64,000 bases of DNA from Phoronis australis (taxonomy: Eukaryota; Animalia; Phoronida): positions 25,663 to 89,662 of the forward strand of contig NMRA01000402.1 in NCBI GenBank assembly GCA_002633005.1, written 5' to 3'. The notes below the pieces were generated by a model. It worked only from the letters and a program-made list of their open reading frames with translations, was not told where the DNA came from and did no database searches. Shown here in pieces: positions 12,879 through 25,757 of this stretch. Each line of letters begins with the position of its first letter. The stretch's first letter is position 1. Both the position numbers and the translations under genes were made by a program.

Positions 12879-13065
12879 TTATCTGACTGGAACCTGTCCC
12901 CTGCTTTCAAAATATATATCGCGAATGGCTCGATCTCGCAGATGTACGCTTCTGTCTTTTACCATGGACACTGGTGCAAAGTCAGTTACCATCGGGCGTC
13001 TAGACGAAATGTTGTTGAGTCCCGGCAGATGAATCAGGTCAGAGTGACGCGTAGAAAGAATAGCA
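12879..13065 (-). CDS. CIMIP2C: CIMIP2C exon 4, coding part (AILSTRHSD...[19 protein letters not shown]-stop)
   Basis: tttcag| acceptor; conserved C-terminal RDxYFExR; TAA stop. Confidence 0.88.
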
Positions 13066-16000
13066 CTGAAATGTAAATAGAACATGGGGAAAACAATGTA
13101 GTAGGGTATCTAATGGCAGTTTTGTTGAGAGCTTTAAAACCTTGTCTAGGCTATAGATCTATTAACGTTTGTCCCTGTATCAGAAAAAAACTCATTTACC
13201 AGACACAAATTTTATTGTGCACATCAAAGTTTCAACCCTAGCCTGATACACATTTTCAACTGGAAGTGAGAAGAGCTAGGTCAAGTCAGATAGAACCTTC
13301 ATGATCAAATGGAGCATGCTATTGCGTTGCCAATAACTGATAACAGATGTCATCTCCTCTACTGAGTGCTTTCACTATTGGTCAACTAACTAAAATCAAA
13401 TTACAGACTTTCCAAGAGCATAAAAATGTGTTCTTGCTTATTGATACATACTGCGCCATTTGAAATATGAAATAATCAGTGAAAGCAGAAGTTACATGAC
13501 AGGCAATAGCAGACACAGTGAGAAAAGTGGTGGAATATAAAAGTACGAAGCAAATAGGCAGATCAACCAATTGACTAATTATTCTTGAAACTTTGTAACG
13601 TTTTCCATGTTAAAGCTTGTGTGCCCAAATCACTGGAATTAACAGCATTTGTAGCTGGCTTTAGATGGACCAGTTGCAGGTTGCATGAAGCAGTCCTAAT
13701 AGGGACTCAATTGTGTTCCCTACATTTTCAGTGCATTTTTAGCATTTGTTTACTAAAATGTTACATTTTGCTATCAATTAATCTTCATCATGAGCTCCTG
13801 ACTTTTATATCATACCTGAAAATTGGACTCTCATTTCAATGAAACAAACATTTGGACTAAGTCCTTAAATTTGAGGCGTTGCTTTAAAAGGTCCCCATTT
13901 ATTTCAGTAACATGAAGTATTCAACTTACAGTTTATTCTAAGTTAAAACTTAAGGTAGCAGTGAATGAACATAGTATAAGAAACGACTATCAGTGTTTGC
14001 ACTAAATCCACAAATGTCTTTAAACTTAAAATTTAAGGAACATTAGGTGAGGCAGTCCCCGCTGGGATTATTTCATGCAACCTTTAACAGACTTCTCTGT
14101 CCCCTAAATGTCCATGCCTGCACCCACGGGGGTCGGGGGCTCAAAAGAGCCCCCCTCAATTTGGTGAAGTGGGCAAAAAGGTTCGCCTCAGAGAAACAAA
14201 AAGTTCGGGAAAACTAGAAAACGAGACAGAAGTCCACTAAAAAGACAGGAATTTGGCAGATGCGCAATTCATAAGCTCTGAAGGTAACCAGTTTTTTTAG
14301 TAAAAGGTCTACATTCTCAAAAATTCAAGCCCCTTACATTTAGGGCTGGGTACGTGCATATGTCAAGTAAAAAGTAATAAAATTAGGGACTTACCGTATG
14401 CACAACGCAAATGTAGTGCAGAGTGCTGCTTCAATGTTAGTAGAAACACTAGAGAAATAAAGTCGGCAAAACCAGCACCCAACACAGAGAAAGCAAACAC
14501 TTGCCAAGACGAGGTTAAGACATGAATGAACAGTATATTCAACAACAAATTAAAACCATGGCTTCCCAATCACAATAATTCACATAAGCATGTTAATTTT
14601 TTGATTTTCAATGTTTAATACAAATATCTATGTCACAACTAATAAATTAATAATCACAAAGTTTAGCGGTTTTTTAAAGTTATGCCAAGAGCTGCATTAG
14701 TTTCAGTTAAAACCCCACGCGGCACAGTCATCGATAAACAATTCATGTTTTGGGGCCGAATCATTTATTTTTCTATTTTGTTATTGTGATGAGTAAATGT
14801 TTGTAATTTGACATTGTGAAATCGTGGACCAGCTGGAGATCATCGACTGTTTCAACAACAAAAACTCGCTGACGCCAACTTGCAGTACTCCAGTTTGAAG
14901 TTTGCGAATTTCGGCTCGACCTATCATGGGTCTTTAAGATATTTCAAATATAAGCACACAGGAATGCAGACAGGTGGTTAAATCTGGTTGATTGTGCTCA
15001 AAGAAGAAACACCAAACATATAGACAGATATTAGAAAGTCTTCATCGACAGTCAATAACCGTACTGTTTCCTGTCATTCACAGAGATTGACACACAAGGT
15101 TAGGCATTAAAAAAAAGAAAAAGCACAAGATGAAATGTCCAGTTGTTAGCTTCACATATCCACACCAAGGTCTGCGGCACTTACAATGGAACATGTTTCT
15201 TAAACTGATCTTCTGCCCTAACAGGGATTTGAAAATGCTCCACCTTTTTGATGTACCCACTCTTGTCTTTATAGAATTCTCTCTGCTGTTGCGCCGTCTA
15301 GAGGTAAAAACATGATGATGATGACAGTGATAAACAAGCTGAAATGAAATGCAAATAACAGAACATCTATTTAGTGCTGTTAGAGTTTCATTTTCCAACC
15401 ATAATAAAACCGACTACTGCCCAAGAAGTATCTCTTGATTCAGAACACTTACTGACATAAAATAGGTCCCACCGTTTGTTCTACTCATACGAGAAGTGAT
15501 TTCTGAGTTGACAAAGAAGACAACTTGTAATTTGTTTACACCAGTTGTTGTAGTTACTAAAATGACATGCTGTGACAAGACAACTAGTGGAGCTAGTGTC
15601 AAGCAAAATGAACTGTTATGTAGTTCTTTTGAGTTGATGAAATCCTCTCCAATTTGACTTTAAGGAACAACTTGAGACAAATTTCATAATGGTAAGTGGT
15701 GCGTGTTGAAAGTTGGGTTTATGGTACACAGTAAGGAAAAATGATGCCAACATAGCAACAAGGTCCCCTGTTCATTATGTGTCATCTCCAACTGTTAAAA
15801 ATAGGCATTTAGGAATCGACATTATCTTCTAAAGAGCAGTTGATAATTTGCATAATGGTCTATTATTTAACATGTTCTATTATTGATTAGTTTCACTGTC
15901 AGTATAGGTCTAAGGATACCACAGGCAAAAGCATCAGAGAATAAAACATTAGAATTTGCTTGGTAAACCTGCACAGTACCATTTTTGAAAACGCATTGTT

Positions 16001-18953
16001 TTGATTCATGGTTAGGGGTGTAACCTTTTTTGTTTTGATAATGTAATACTGTTAGCATTCCTAATGGCACACGGTAAAAGAATGGCCAAACTGGTTGATT
16101 ATCTTTGCAGTTTTGAAGCCTCCAATTTCAGCTTGACCACAAGATGACTGTGTGGTTCCTTAAAAATATTTTTGGCTTTTAAAGCCACAAACAACACTCT
16201 TTTGATTAACAGGTAAAGTTTCGCAAACAACATTTTAGAGTTATTTTCAGGATCAACATTTTCATGATTACACTATGCCAAGTGGACACAGTAACGAATT
16301 ACATGTAACCATTACAGTTGCCAATTCTTGAGATTTGAGAATTGTTTACAGGCCATTGACACCTACCACCAGGTCACCACAATTTTTTTTTGTTTGGTTC
16401 TTATAGCACAGTTCAACAGAGCTCTAACTTAAATTAAAGATATGACACAACATAAGATTTAGAACCTTAAAGGTACATTTCGCCTAGCCGTTGAGCTGGC
16501 TGGGAAACAAAAATCAAATTAGGCCATTTGAAATCAGTCTCCAGCTGTGACAGGTTTCCATTTCAGTTACCAGCTTTAGTCACAAGCAATGTGTACAAGT
16601 ACATTCACCATTTTCAATTTTACAGTTTGACAACTCCGACACACTCGGAAGCATTTTAGTTGATCAAATGACAGGTGTATGGTTTTGATGATTTTGTTGG
16701 TAACAGAACAAGAGAGACCAAATTCAATTTTGATTTTTAGCCAGCTAAACAGTTCCAACTGCCAAGAGGGAAATAGAGAAGAAAAGGGCAAACCTTATCA
16801 AAGCCAGAAAGCTCTCGCTTTCTGTCATGGTCAACATTGAAGTGCCTAAATCTCGGTGCAGTCAGGAACCTATCCCTGGTGCGGGACCGGTTACCTATAA
16901 CAAGATCGGGGTTGTGTGTGTAGTATGTTGGGAAATTTCCTCCCCTGTTCAGTGGATCCTTAGACTCGTACAGCGTCTTTGAACGATAGTCTTGGAAATA
17001 TTTTTTAGTGGAGTGTCCATATGTTTCGCCATAATCAAACTTCTGTGTTGGACAGTGACCTTGATACCTAGAAATCAACAGGAAAAGTAATAATCAATAT
17101 GTATCTTCAAAATAAAAAATGTGCCTTCAAAAGTAACAGCTGTTATAGGAAGCATTAGAAAAAAATATGGTTAAAATGAAATTTCCAAGTACGTCTGTTA
17201 GTTTGTCTTATACATTTATTGTAGAACACTAAAAAATGTGTGTTTTGTTTTATGCAATTTGGCAATGATTATAGTAATTTACATCATCATCAATCGGGTC
17301 AGCTTTCTCAGGGGACAGGCATGAATTTATGACTGTATTTAAGCCAAGCTGGTCTGGTGCGGCAGGAACATTAGACTAGCAACCTATTTAGAGAGTTACA
17401 GACGAGTTCACCTTCATAACAGAGGCCCATTTGGGGTACCCACCCCAACGCGAGGGGAGAGAGAGAAAAGAGAGAAAACGCTTTTATTTACAGTACATAA
17501 TAATAATACATTGATTAAAATTTGATTTCAATTAGGAGGCCTTCTAAAGGTAATTGACCGCTGATAAGAAGGTCCCCTGTATAAGATAAACAAATGGAAA
17601 TGCAAAAATCAGTAGGAATACTTAAGAAAACAGTGAATTAGTGCTGAAAATGACCGACACGCCAGGAACCAAGAAGTAAACTGGCACAGCTCAGGAAATT
17701 TTGAGAATACAGTTAGATACTGTTACATATGAAGCAATTGGAAATATGACAAACTGGATCATAGTTGTTAATAATAAAATTGGTTAAGAACCTGGAGAAT
17801 GCTTGCAAAGAATGGGTTTTTATTATATTTAGAGCAGAGACTGGTATTTCGTTGTTGTTTATAAGTCGAGGAATCTGAAATCTAATACAGGCTCTTGATG
17901 ACAATTTGTTGGACGGAGGAATTAAAATTTTGTGTTGTATCGTCGGTATAGTAGCTGAGTATTGATTCAGGTATGTAGGAGTTTTAATGTGTCTGGTTGG
18001 CTTATATTGGATGGGTTTAATAAAGAAGTTGTTAGTGTAAAAATACTTAGGAAGTTGATTATTGAGGAATTCCTGAGACTTTGAGTGGCATCGCCTTAGC
18101 CATCGCGAAATACAAATGGGCCAGGCTATGAACAGGGATGGGAGTTCTCAGGAGTTTACCTTTTGATTGACAAATCAAAGTACATACTGAAAATACCTCA
18201 GGAGATAATTTGTAAATAACAAATTGGGTACTAATACATTAATGACACGACTACAATGACATCTCCCTTTTGAACAGTGTTTTGTCACTCAACAAAATGC
18301 AAATTCACAAATGGGTCATTTAAAATGTGACTGGCATGGCTGCAAGGAATAACAAACTGTCAAACTGTGCACAGGCATGCACAAAGTAAATTGAGAACAA
18401 GTTAAGGCCATTGTAGGCTACAGTGGAAAATGGTTTAATTAAATCTAGTTTCTTTGGTGGAATGCAGTTTTATAGTTACTTTTATAGTTAGTTTTATTGT
18501 ACTAGAGTACTTATACAGGATCAAGGAATCAAATTCAAATAACATTCAAGCAACATGAACATCCTACATGCAAGTTCATTGACTGCAGGTGATTCTGGAT
18601 TTATTGAAAGTTTAACGGTATTCCGCATACTTTCGGCATTCTAAAGGTACATGTGGGCGCCAGCTCCCAGTGAACACAATCGGTTGACATGTAAAGTAAT
18701 GAGGTCCACCAATCCTGAACCATACAGGTTGCCCGTTCGGAGGAACAACTGGAATTTGGGTATAGTGCTAAACTCCCCGAGACGAGGCTCAGACTCAGTC
18801 AGAGTCAGCGTCAGAAAACGGGGTTAACCCCTGGCCCTGTATTTTAGACAAAAGTCAACGTCCACGGCGATTTACTTACCCTGGCATCAGAGTAGGCGGA
18901 ATATATGTAGCATTGTGAGTGGTGATCAAAGTACCGGCGCTTCTCGTAGCCAT
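12879..18953 (-). CDS. CIMIP2C: Ciliary microtubule inner protein 2C (FAM166C/C2orf70) gene model: complement join(18880-18953,16794-17067,15185-15297,12879-13065), 215 aa
   Basis: Translation [54 protein letters not shown]...[14 protein letters not shown]...[44 protein letters not shown]...RDIYFESR closely follows human C2orf70/FAM166C as recalled (MASRSAGTL...PPGLMPGYQGHVP...KYFQDHR...RDCYFEFR). GT-AG introns; total 648 nt including stop. Confidence 0.92.
14113..14360. mobile_element. MITE (CATG-terminal inverted repeats, hAT-like), in CIMIP2C intron 3
   Basis: CATGCCTGCACCCA...CTGGGTACGTGCAT ends; same family as 28214-28458 and the start at 41721. Confidence 0.65.
15185..15297 (-). CDS. 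CIMIP2C: CIMIP2C exon 3 ([38 protein letters not shown])
   Basis: ctctag| acceptor, |gtaagt donor; YxDKxG motif; phase-compatible. Confidence 0.88.
16794..17067 (-). CDS. CIMIP2C: CIMIP2C exon 2 ([17 protein letters not shown]...ELSGFDK)
   Basis: ttctag| acceptor, |gtttgc donor; PGYQGHxP motif of the FAM166 family. Confidence 0.93.
17485..18075 (-). mobile_element. 3' fragment of a CR1/L2-group LINE (ORF2 C-terminus plus 3' UTR) in CIMIP2C intron 1
   Basis: Minus-strand translation NNQLPKYF...[18 protein letters not shown]...[36 protein letters not shown] resembles the invertebrate LINE ORF2 tail (THS motif, terminal CxxxxCxxC), followed by a (TTA)n-like tail. Confidence 0.6.
18880..18953 (-). 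CDS. CIMIP2C: CIMIP2C exon 1, coding part ([25 protein letters not shown])
   Basis: ATG at 18953, |gtaagt donor. Confidence 0.9.
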
Positions 18954-19034
18954 CGTGCACAATAACTCACCAAACTTTACAACATAATCCAAACAAACTC
19001 GACTTTATACAGATTAAACGCGCACGCTCCGATT

Positions 19035-19255
19035 TGTTTACAGGTCTTATTCACCTCCCAAAATAATGCACCTACGCGACATAGTTCTCAAACTGTTTAT
19101 GTTACAGTTGCTTTCAGTGAGAACTTCATAAGTTTCTTTTTAAAAAACTGAATAAAAATACAATTTTAAAAACTTTAATATCAATATAACGAATTTATTT
19201 TAAGTTTCTATCATTCTCCAGTGTCTGCGCATTAATAGAAATTGCTCCTAGCAAC
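19035..19255 (-). promoter_or_regulatory. Candidate CIMIP2C promoter elements: forkhead site TGTTTAC (19035-19041) and RFX X-box-like ATTGCTCCTAGCAAC (19241-19255)
   Basis: Motif resemblance within about 300 bp upstream of the ATG of a motile-cilia gene; short motifs, not validated. Confidence 0.35.
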
Positions 19256-19347
19256 GTTGAAGTTATAGTCTCAAACCCAGACTCGATTAGCGTAGATTAT
19301 CATAAGCTATTGATGTGATCTCTGTGGCCGCCGAGCACTCCGTCCCT

Positions 19348-20010
19348 AAGAGATTGACTTGTGAAAACAGAACATGTTCTTTCTAATGCTGTTTATTCTC
19401 ATTATTAAGTTAAGTGTGGGATGTCATACGCATTGCGAAAAACTCTATGCTGAGTTCCCGACTGAAAATACACCTTCTATATATGGGAAGTACCGACAGG
19501 CATATGTATCGGGTATCATTTTCCGCCGGCCCGCCGTAGATAAGCCCACCCAATGAAAGGCCCATCAGGGCTCGACGTTATAAAAATCGCATTTTGCTAC
19601 CNAAGGCTAAAAATCGTTCACAGTCCGCCATTTTTTCAAGGTGTTGTAAAGCTAACCAATGACTGCCAAGATTACATCGACCAATGCTAAAGCGCGTGCC
19701 ACTAGGTAATACCTGCGTGCTGGCTGGGCTAAGCACGCAGGGAACCAGCGAGCCCAAAGAGATTGACTTGTGAAAACAAAACATGTTCTTTCTAATGCTG
19801 TTTATTCTCATTATTAAGTTAAGTGTGGGATGTCATACGCATTGCGAAAAACTCTATGCTGAGTTCCCGACTGAAAATACACCTTCTATATATGGGAAGT
19901 ACCGACAGGCATATGTATCGGGTATCATTTTCCGCCGGCCCGCCGTAGATAAGCCCACCCAATGAAAGGCCCATCAGGGCTCGACGTTATAAAAATCGCA
20001 TTTTGCTACC
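19348..20010. repeat. 254-bp near-identical direct duplication (19348-19601 / 19757-20010) across a single N at 19602; probable haplotype/contig-join artefact
   Basis: I saw one differing base (aaaacagaac/aaaacaaaac); the first copy ends at the N. Confidence 0.8.
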
Positions 20011-20819
20011 TAGCCAAAATCCCATGTCACATCAAGTTTTCAAAATCCAGCTCGCATTCATATATGCCTGGTCGCAAAAGTTTTCCGCCATGATATTTAC
20101 GAGCCAAAACTATTTTTTAGATCATCGAGAAAATGTTTAGATTATGCTCTTACCTGCAGCGTTAAATACTCACAAATTTTAGGTCGCAAAATTGTGTTCT
20201 TACATACAGTTACGGTTCTTTACGACCACCATTGAAAGGCTCCAGAGTGCAAGGTTAGTTGCCGACGTGAAAGTTGAATCGGTGCTCTCAGTCGAAGAAA
20301 AAGTTTCATAGGGAGTATTTGTTCGAGTTGGAAGGACTTAAACACATCGACAACCTCCTAAGGTGTTCCTCTATGCGCAAAAGGTATTTATAACAACGTG
20401 ACTTTGATGGTTTAGTCGGTGCGAGGCATAATTCGCCGAAAAGCTTCCGGCGTACAGAGCGCCTATAGGAGCTGCATCGCCTCTGGTTCGGTCCAACAGA
20501 GGCGATGTTCATTACCTATCGGGAGGGCTGTTCTCGGTTAGTGTTCTTTTGAACTGGATTTGGCAACATCCATATATCGGTCATATTTACACGAATTGCT
20601 TTATATTTGCAGGGTATCTGCCGAGAAGTGTGAAAACTCAACTCGCATATGTTAGAAATTCCAGGTCGCACTTTGCGACTTGATACAAGCTGGCACAAAT
20701 CTCACCTCGCATTTCCAAATTTCAGATCGCAAATTCGACCTGCAGCTCGTTACGTCGAGCACTGCCCATTATGCCGAATAAACGTCTATGGTGTTAACTT
20801 CTGGTGTTAAGTGGTAGAT

Positions 20820-21132
20820 AGTGGGGCGTTTATTCGGAAAATGTCCTCTTAAGAGAGTCCGTTTAGTGTCAACCTAGCTTTAGCCACATATTCAGTTTTG
20901 TGAAACATTTATAATGTCTAAAAACGAACAAAAAGTTGGCGAACTTTGTATTTATTAACTTAAAACTAAAAAACACGGTTTTTATATCAGCCAAGGGTAT
21001 GGCTTTCCCGGTTTACACGGCCCCTTTCCGAATAAACGCCTTTGGGTGTTGGGGTGTTCAACTGAAATCTAAGTGAAAAGAGATTTTTCCCGCGAAAACA
21101 CGCCTACGGGCTTATCTATGAAAAACTCCGGC
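20820..21132. mobile_element. MITE-like fragment with right terminal inverted repeat, same family as 9976-10240
   Basis: Shared internal blocks, and a terminus complementary to the start of the 9976 copy. Confidence 0.55.
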
Positions 21133-21859
21133 AAGAACTTGATAATTTCTATTTTCATTTGAACTAATATATCTTGTGCTTGTGTAGTATCAGACAATGT
21201 TGTTAGTAAAAGAAAAGTTCAGAATAAAGACAAAAAGGTAAAAAAGTGTAACACTTAATTGTGATACAAAAGACAAGTAAAAACGCAGAACTGATTTCAC
21301 GGAACCTATTTGCCGGTGCCTGTTCCCGGACAATCTGGCCTGGTGACTACTTTTTACCACTGACTTGAGTCCAGCTGACTCTGCGTCCGGGTCATGTTGC
21401 CCGGCCCCGGCTGGAACTCGAGCCAACAAAGGATTACACGCTGACCCGGCGTTACACAAACAAAAATAGGTCAGTTATAGAGTTATTTTGTTGTTTTATT
21501 AGAGCAACTGGATAATTTGTTTGAAAACATAAAAACGCGTTCGTTGGGTTAATTTTCGGTCTAGTTTGTTATCATTGACAACGAACAATCTCATTGTGCA
21601 ATTTTATTAATCAGCATGCTTGTTAAAATCGAGAAAAACAGCTCTTAGTATTTTCTACTTTCTTGTGTATTTTTCGTGGACATTTAACTTTTGAACTAAA
21701 TTTTTACTTTTTTAAAACACGTCGTTTGATTATAACTGTGTTTTATCAAAACAGGTGCCGTAGTGTTTGCACTTGTCTTAATTTTCACTAGCAACTATCG
21801 ATCATTCAAAAACTGGTATCCAATATCCGGTAATGTGATGACTAAAAAATCCTTAAGTG

Positions 21860-23680
21860 ACGTCTCGTAAATGACACAACATGTCCCGTAAGTGAGGGGC
21901 AATTGATATTGTGTCGGTGGAAATTATTTCTGACCACCTACACTTCAGGAAAACTGGTATGAAATAATGAGGGATAGTATGCGTATTGAAGGCTATTTGT
22001 TGTCACTTGTATGAGTTGATGTAACTGATTACGTAATAAATATGACAACAGATTACAATTCAACTGTCTGTGGTGCAAGAAGGCACGTGGAGGCATTTGT
22101 AACACACCTCACATGTACATGTACAGGTAAATCCAAAAGTTTGCATTCAACATTTTTACAACATTTGCTATATACAATTGTGCATGACATCTAACACGTC
22201 ACATGTCACGTCCCGTAAATGACAACTTAAGCGTTGACAATTGGGCTAAAGACTGTTAAGGTTAAAAACCTTTTAACGGCAATTTTAACTGGGCTTTAAA
22301 CGTCATTAGGAAAAATCAAGATAGTCCAGCAATTCATCTGACGCCTTGAACGCCCTGCAGCTTTCCCAGTAGGTACGAGGTCCAGGACGAGATTCACGAT
22401 GTCATCTTTCCGTAGCCAAATCTTGTTTCCTTCGGCTGGCCACATAAACAATCCACTCATTTTACTGGACGGCTGCAAGAAGTTGACCTCCGCAGGCAAG
22501 TCGACATCATCTGTGTCCACGACTTGTCCGAGATATCGGCGACCTTCATATTTACAAACAAAATTGCCTTGCTTCACTTATATGTTGACTTCTTTGGTCT
22601 CAGCTAACACTGTTGGTTTCTTGTCTTCCGACTTTTTGTACTTCTGTCAGTTCTGACACTGGTACAAAATACCCGTAACTCGTTCACTTTCTCTTCTAAG
22701 CCATTCGTCACCGAGTTGTGCCTTTTTACGGGCTCTCCAGACTATTCCTTCATCCGCTGAGACTTGGATTTTGGCATTCCGCAACGCAAACCAAAGTGAC
22801 AAACTCTAATTAATAGGTATTAAATAAAATAAAAGATTCATTATTATTTTTGCAAGGTCAGCTGCATTAAATTATGTATCGTCCCAGATAATGATTTAAT
22901 TACTACTTAAAAATGAAATGAATTTGAGTGAAAATAGAACAAATCACTTACGGGACACTGGATATCATTTACGTGACAATTTTTACGAGAACTTATCAAG
23001 ACCAACGTCAAGCAAATTCTAATCAAAGTATGTTTCGCAGGAAGCATTTCGTCACTTCTTCTAGTACGTTAATAACGACCCTAAAACGTGAATTATAAAA
23101 GTGACATTACTGAAAACTTACCCAAAAGTTCTGTTGACTTCTTTAGCGAATATTTTCAGACAGTATCGATGTCAGCTGAAGCGCACGTGCTCGTTCTTGA
23201 AAAATTGACCTATATTCATGTCACACATGCCAATAGTAGGTGAAATTAATTGGACTTGACCTAATTATAAAATTGTCGTCCCGTAAATGAAGGCTCGTAA
23301 ATGATAAGCAACCGATTTCAAATGCCAGTTTTTTTCATAAATGTTCGCCAAAAACTCTCAAAACTGTGCAATGATTTCGCACATCACCATAGCTTTGTAG
23401 AGTTATTTTAGTTTCCACATCTTCATTTTAATCAACGCACTATTGTTGAATTTATGCACGTCTCGTAAATGATTCCAAAAAAAATCCACTGCGCTTCTTG
23501 AAAAGCAGTGCCACACAGCCAATTTCAGATAAGGCAAAGGTTTTAAAAAATAATGCCATCGCCGTTTTTTGTGTATTACAAAATTATTGATCGCGAATTC
23601 ACTAAAATATCTCTGGAAACTTTTTTTTCAAGAAACACGCCAATGAGGTCTCGTAAATGATTTGAGATTTGGCTTCACTC
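21860..23680 (-). mobile_element. Decayed DNA transposon with repeated GTC(T/C)CGTAA(A/G)TGA subterminal motifs and a transposase C-terminal remnant (22296-22577)
   Basis: At least 8 copies of the motif in both orientations. The ORF fragment GNFVCKYEGRRYLGQV...VNFLQP...FMWPAEGNKIWL...TGK resembles the WP-containing C-terminal domain of pogo/DDE_1- or Sola-type transposases; superfamily not resolved. Confidence 0.55.
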
Positions 23681-25757
23681 AGTAAACATGGTGGTAATTA
23701 AAATTTATTTTTTGTTGATAAAAAACGTTGACTTTCTCTGAATTAAAACTCGTGATATTATACGTACGATTTTCGTGGAAAGCAAGATAAGAAACTTTGG
23801 TAACTTGAGAATCTCACCAAAGCTACGCCATTTGCGGAGAAAGTGCTATTTTCTTATCACAAAGTCCATTCGGTCAAAATGTTGGCGGTAAAGGTACGTG
23901 AAAATGTTGAACCCTTAGAGGATGTCTATGGTTAAACCTTGAACCATTAAGATGAAAGTAGTTCTTTATCCTCGTCGCCAATGTTGTTATGTAGGCAGTA
24001 ACGCGTCGATTTGTTAAAACACATAATATTGGTTGATGAAGAGACGGTAACTACATATAATATTGGAATACTAACAAATAGGTATATTAATATAGTTATA
24101 AAGAGAGTCTTTTACCACACTGAATGGAGAGTTTAGATGAGTGGTATAAACAATCAAAACTTGGTTTTAATGATGTGCGGTCGGCACACCAGCACGGCAG
24201 ACAATAGACAAACGCTAAGCTCCGTCCACGTTGCAGCCATATTTGGTTTGGTAGTCTGCCGTGCTTCACAAGTTCGCAAAAATGATTAAAATTACGCTGT
24301 AATCAAACAGGTATGTCACATTTTCTAAACATGAAGTAAACATCAGCTTTGTTTCTAGTACATCAACAAAAATTGGAACATGATGACCTCGCATTCTGAA
24401 CGAATTTTGACCTCAAGTGGCAATCGATGCCCGCTTAACTTCAAAACCGTTTTTCTCTGCTCGTGATTTCGGGGTAGTGACAATTCTCAGGCCTATTTTT
24501 CCGAAACACGTGGGTCAATTTTTACGAAATTTGCAAATTTGAAATCCTCTAGAACTGAAGTAAAATCTCTTGCCAGGGTTTTTTGATACATGGACCAAAT
24601 TTTTAGTTATTAGACGGAAAGTGACCAAATGACAGAAAGTGGCGTGCTTGCCCCAACTCACACGCAAAAAATGACACAAAGATTATAATGATTTTGTACA
24701 CCTATGCATTTCTTTGAGCACTGTTAGTGGCACTGAAAGTGACAATCTCTGTTATTTTGTAGTAGGTTCAACATCGTTTCCTTCATCACCTTAGTGTTAT
24801 GTAATTCATTCTTCTTGAAAATTCAAAAGTTGCCCGGATTTTAGTGTCTCACAATTTGGACATTCTTGAATTGGAGAATTTTTAGCATTGGAAAATATTT
24901 ACTCTTCCAATATGGTATCTAAAACAAGAAGAATCAGAAGATTCTGAAATTTTAGCAGTGAATAAGACGCTCTTCAATTTCAAACAAAAGCTAATAACCA
25001 AAATGGCCATTCCTCTATTTTCAAATGCAGAGCTACAGTATGAGGGATGATAAAAATTGTCTATGTCTTAAATTGTTTGAAGGCTACTGTACAATGCAAT
25101 CGATGCTAGTAACGAGGCTCATTTCTCTTCATGTTTAATTTTGCTGAGCACTTAGACAAAATGAAATTTCATTTGCTGCCCATACTGTGTGCTAGAGTGA
25201 AGAGCAATTTGGTTATCTGTTTCAGTAAAAAGAATTACTGTAACAAGGGTAACGTGTTTAGATGAAACAGTATTCAAAAATTTATTCTGGGTAGGATGGT
25301 GCAGACTTGCAGAGATATTTTTAAAGTTTGTCATTAAAGTCCTTGTCTCACGCGTTGTTAACCCTTATTACATGGTTAGAAGATGTTATAAGGATCCAAG
25401 AAGTACCTACCCCATAACTAATACACGATCCGTACTCGAAAACAGTTTAAATGAACGCGCGACTCACGATTCGCACCCGAAGAAACACCGCCATTTTGAA
25501 CTTCCCGCGAACCTGGAAGTACAATTCATTCAGGAACCCAGGCCGAGAAAACGCCGTCAGTGCGAGTGGAGCAGTGCCTGCACTGTTACCAGCCAGCAAA
25601 CGGGGATAAAATGATCGACAGCGCACCTTAATTTTAATAAAATCAAACTACAGACAATTTTATCGAATTTGCTGAAGAAATGTGGCGAATAAATTTTGAC
25701 AGAAATTATTTTGCCAGACTCGGGACCGCAGCCTATCGGACCCGGTGCGGATCGAGA

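Noticed and set aside
19374-19965. Two identical 60-aa signal-peptide-like ORFs (tandem secreted peptide genes)
   Set aside because: The duplication coincides with an N-joined assembly overlap; no dibasic cleavage pattern or homology was recognised and there is no splice support.
25440-25495. Minus-strand AAAATGGCG start followed by a gtgagt donor-like site (possible first exon MAVFLRVRI)
   Set aside because: No downstream exons or homology were found; it lies among transposon remnants, where this motif is common.
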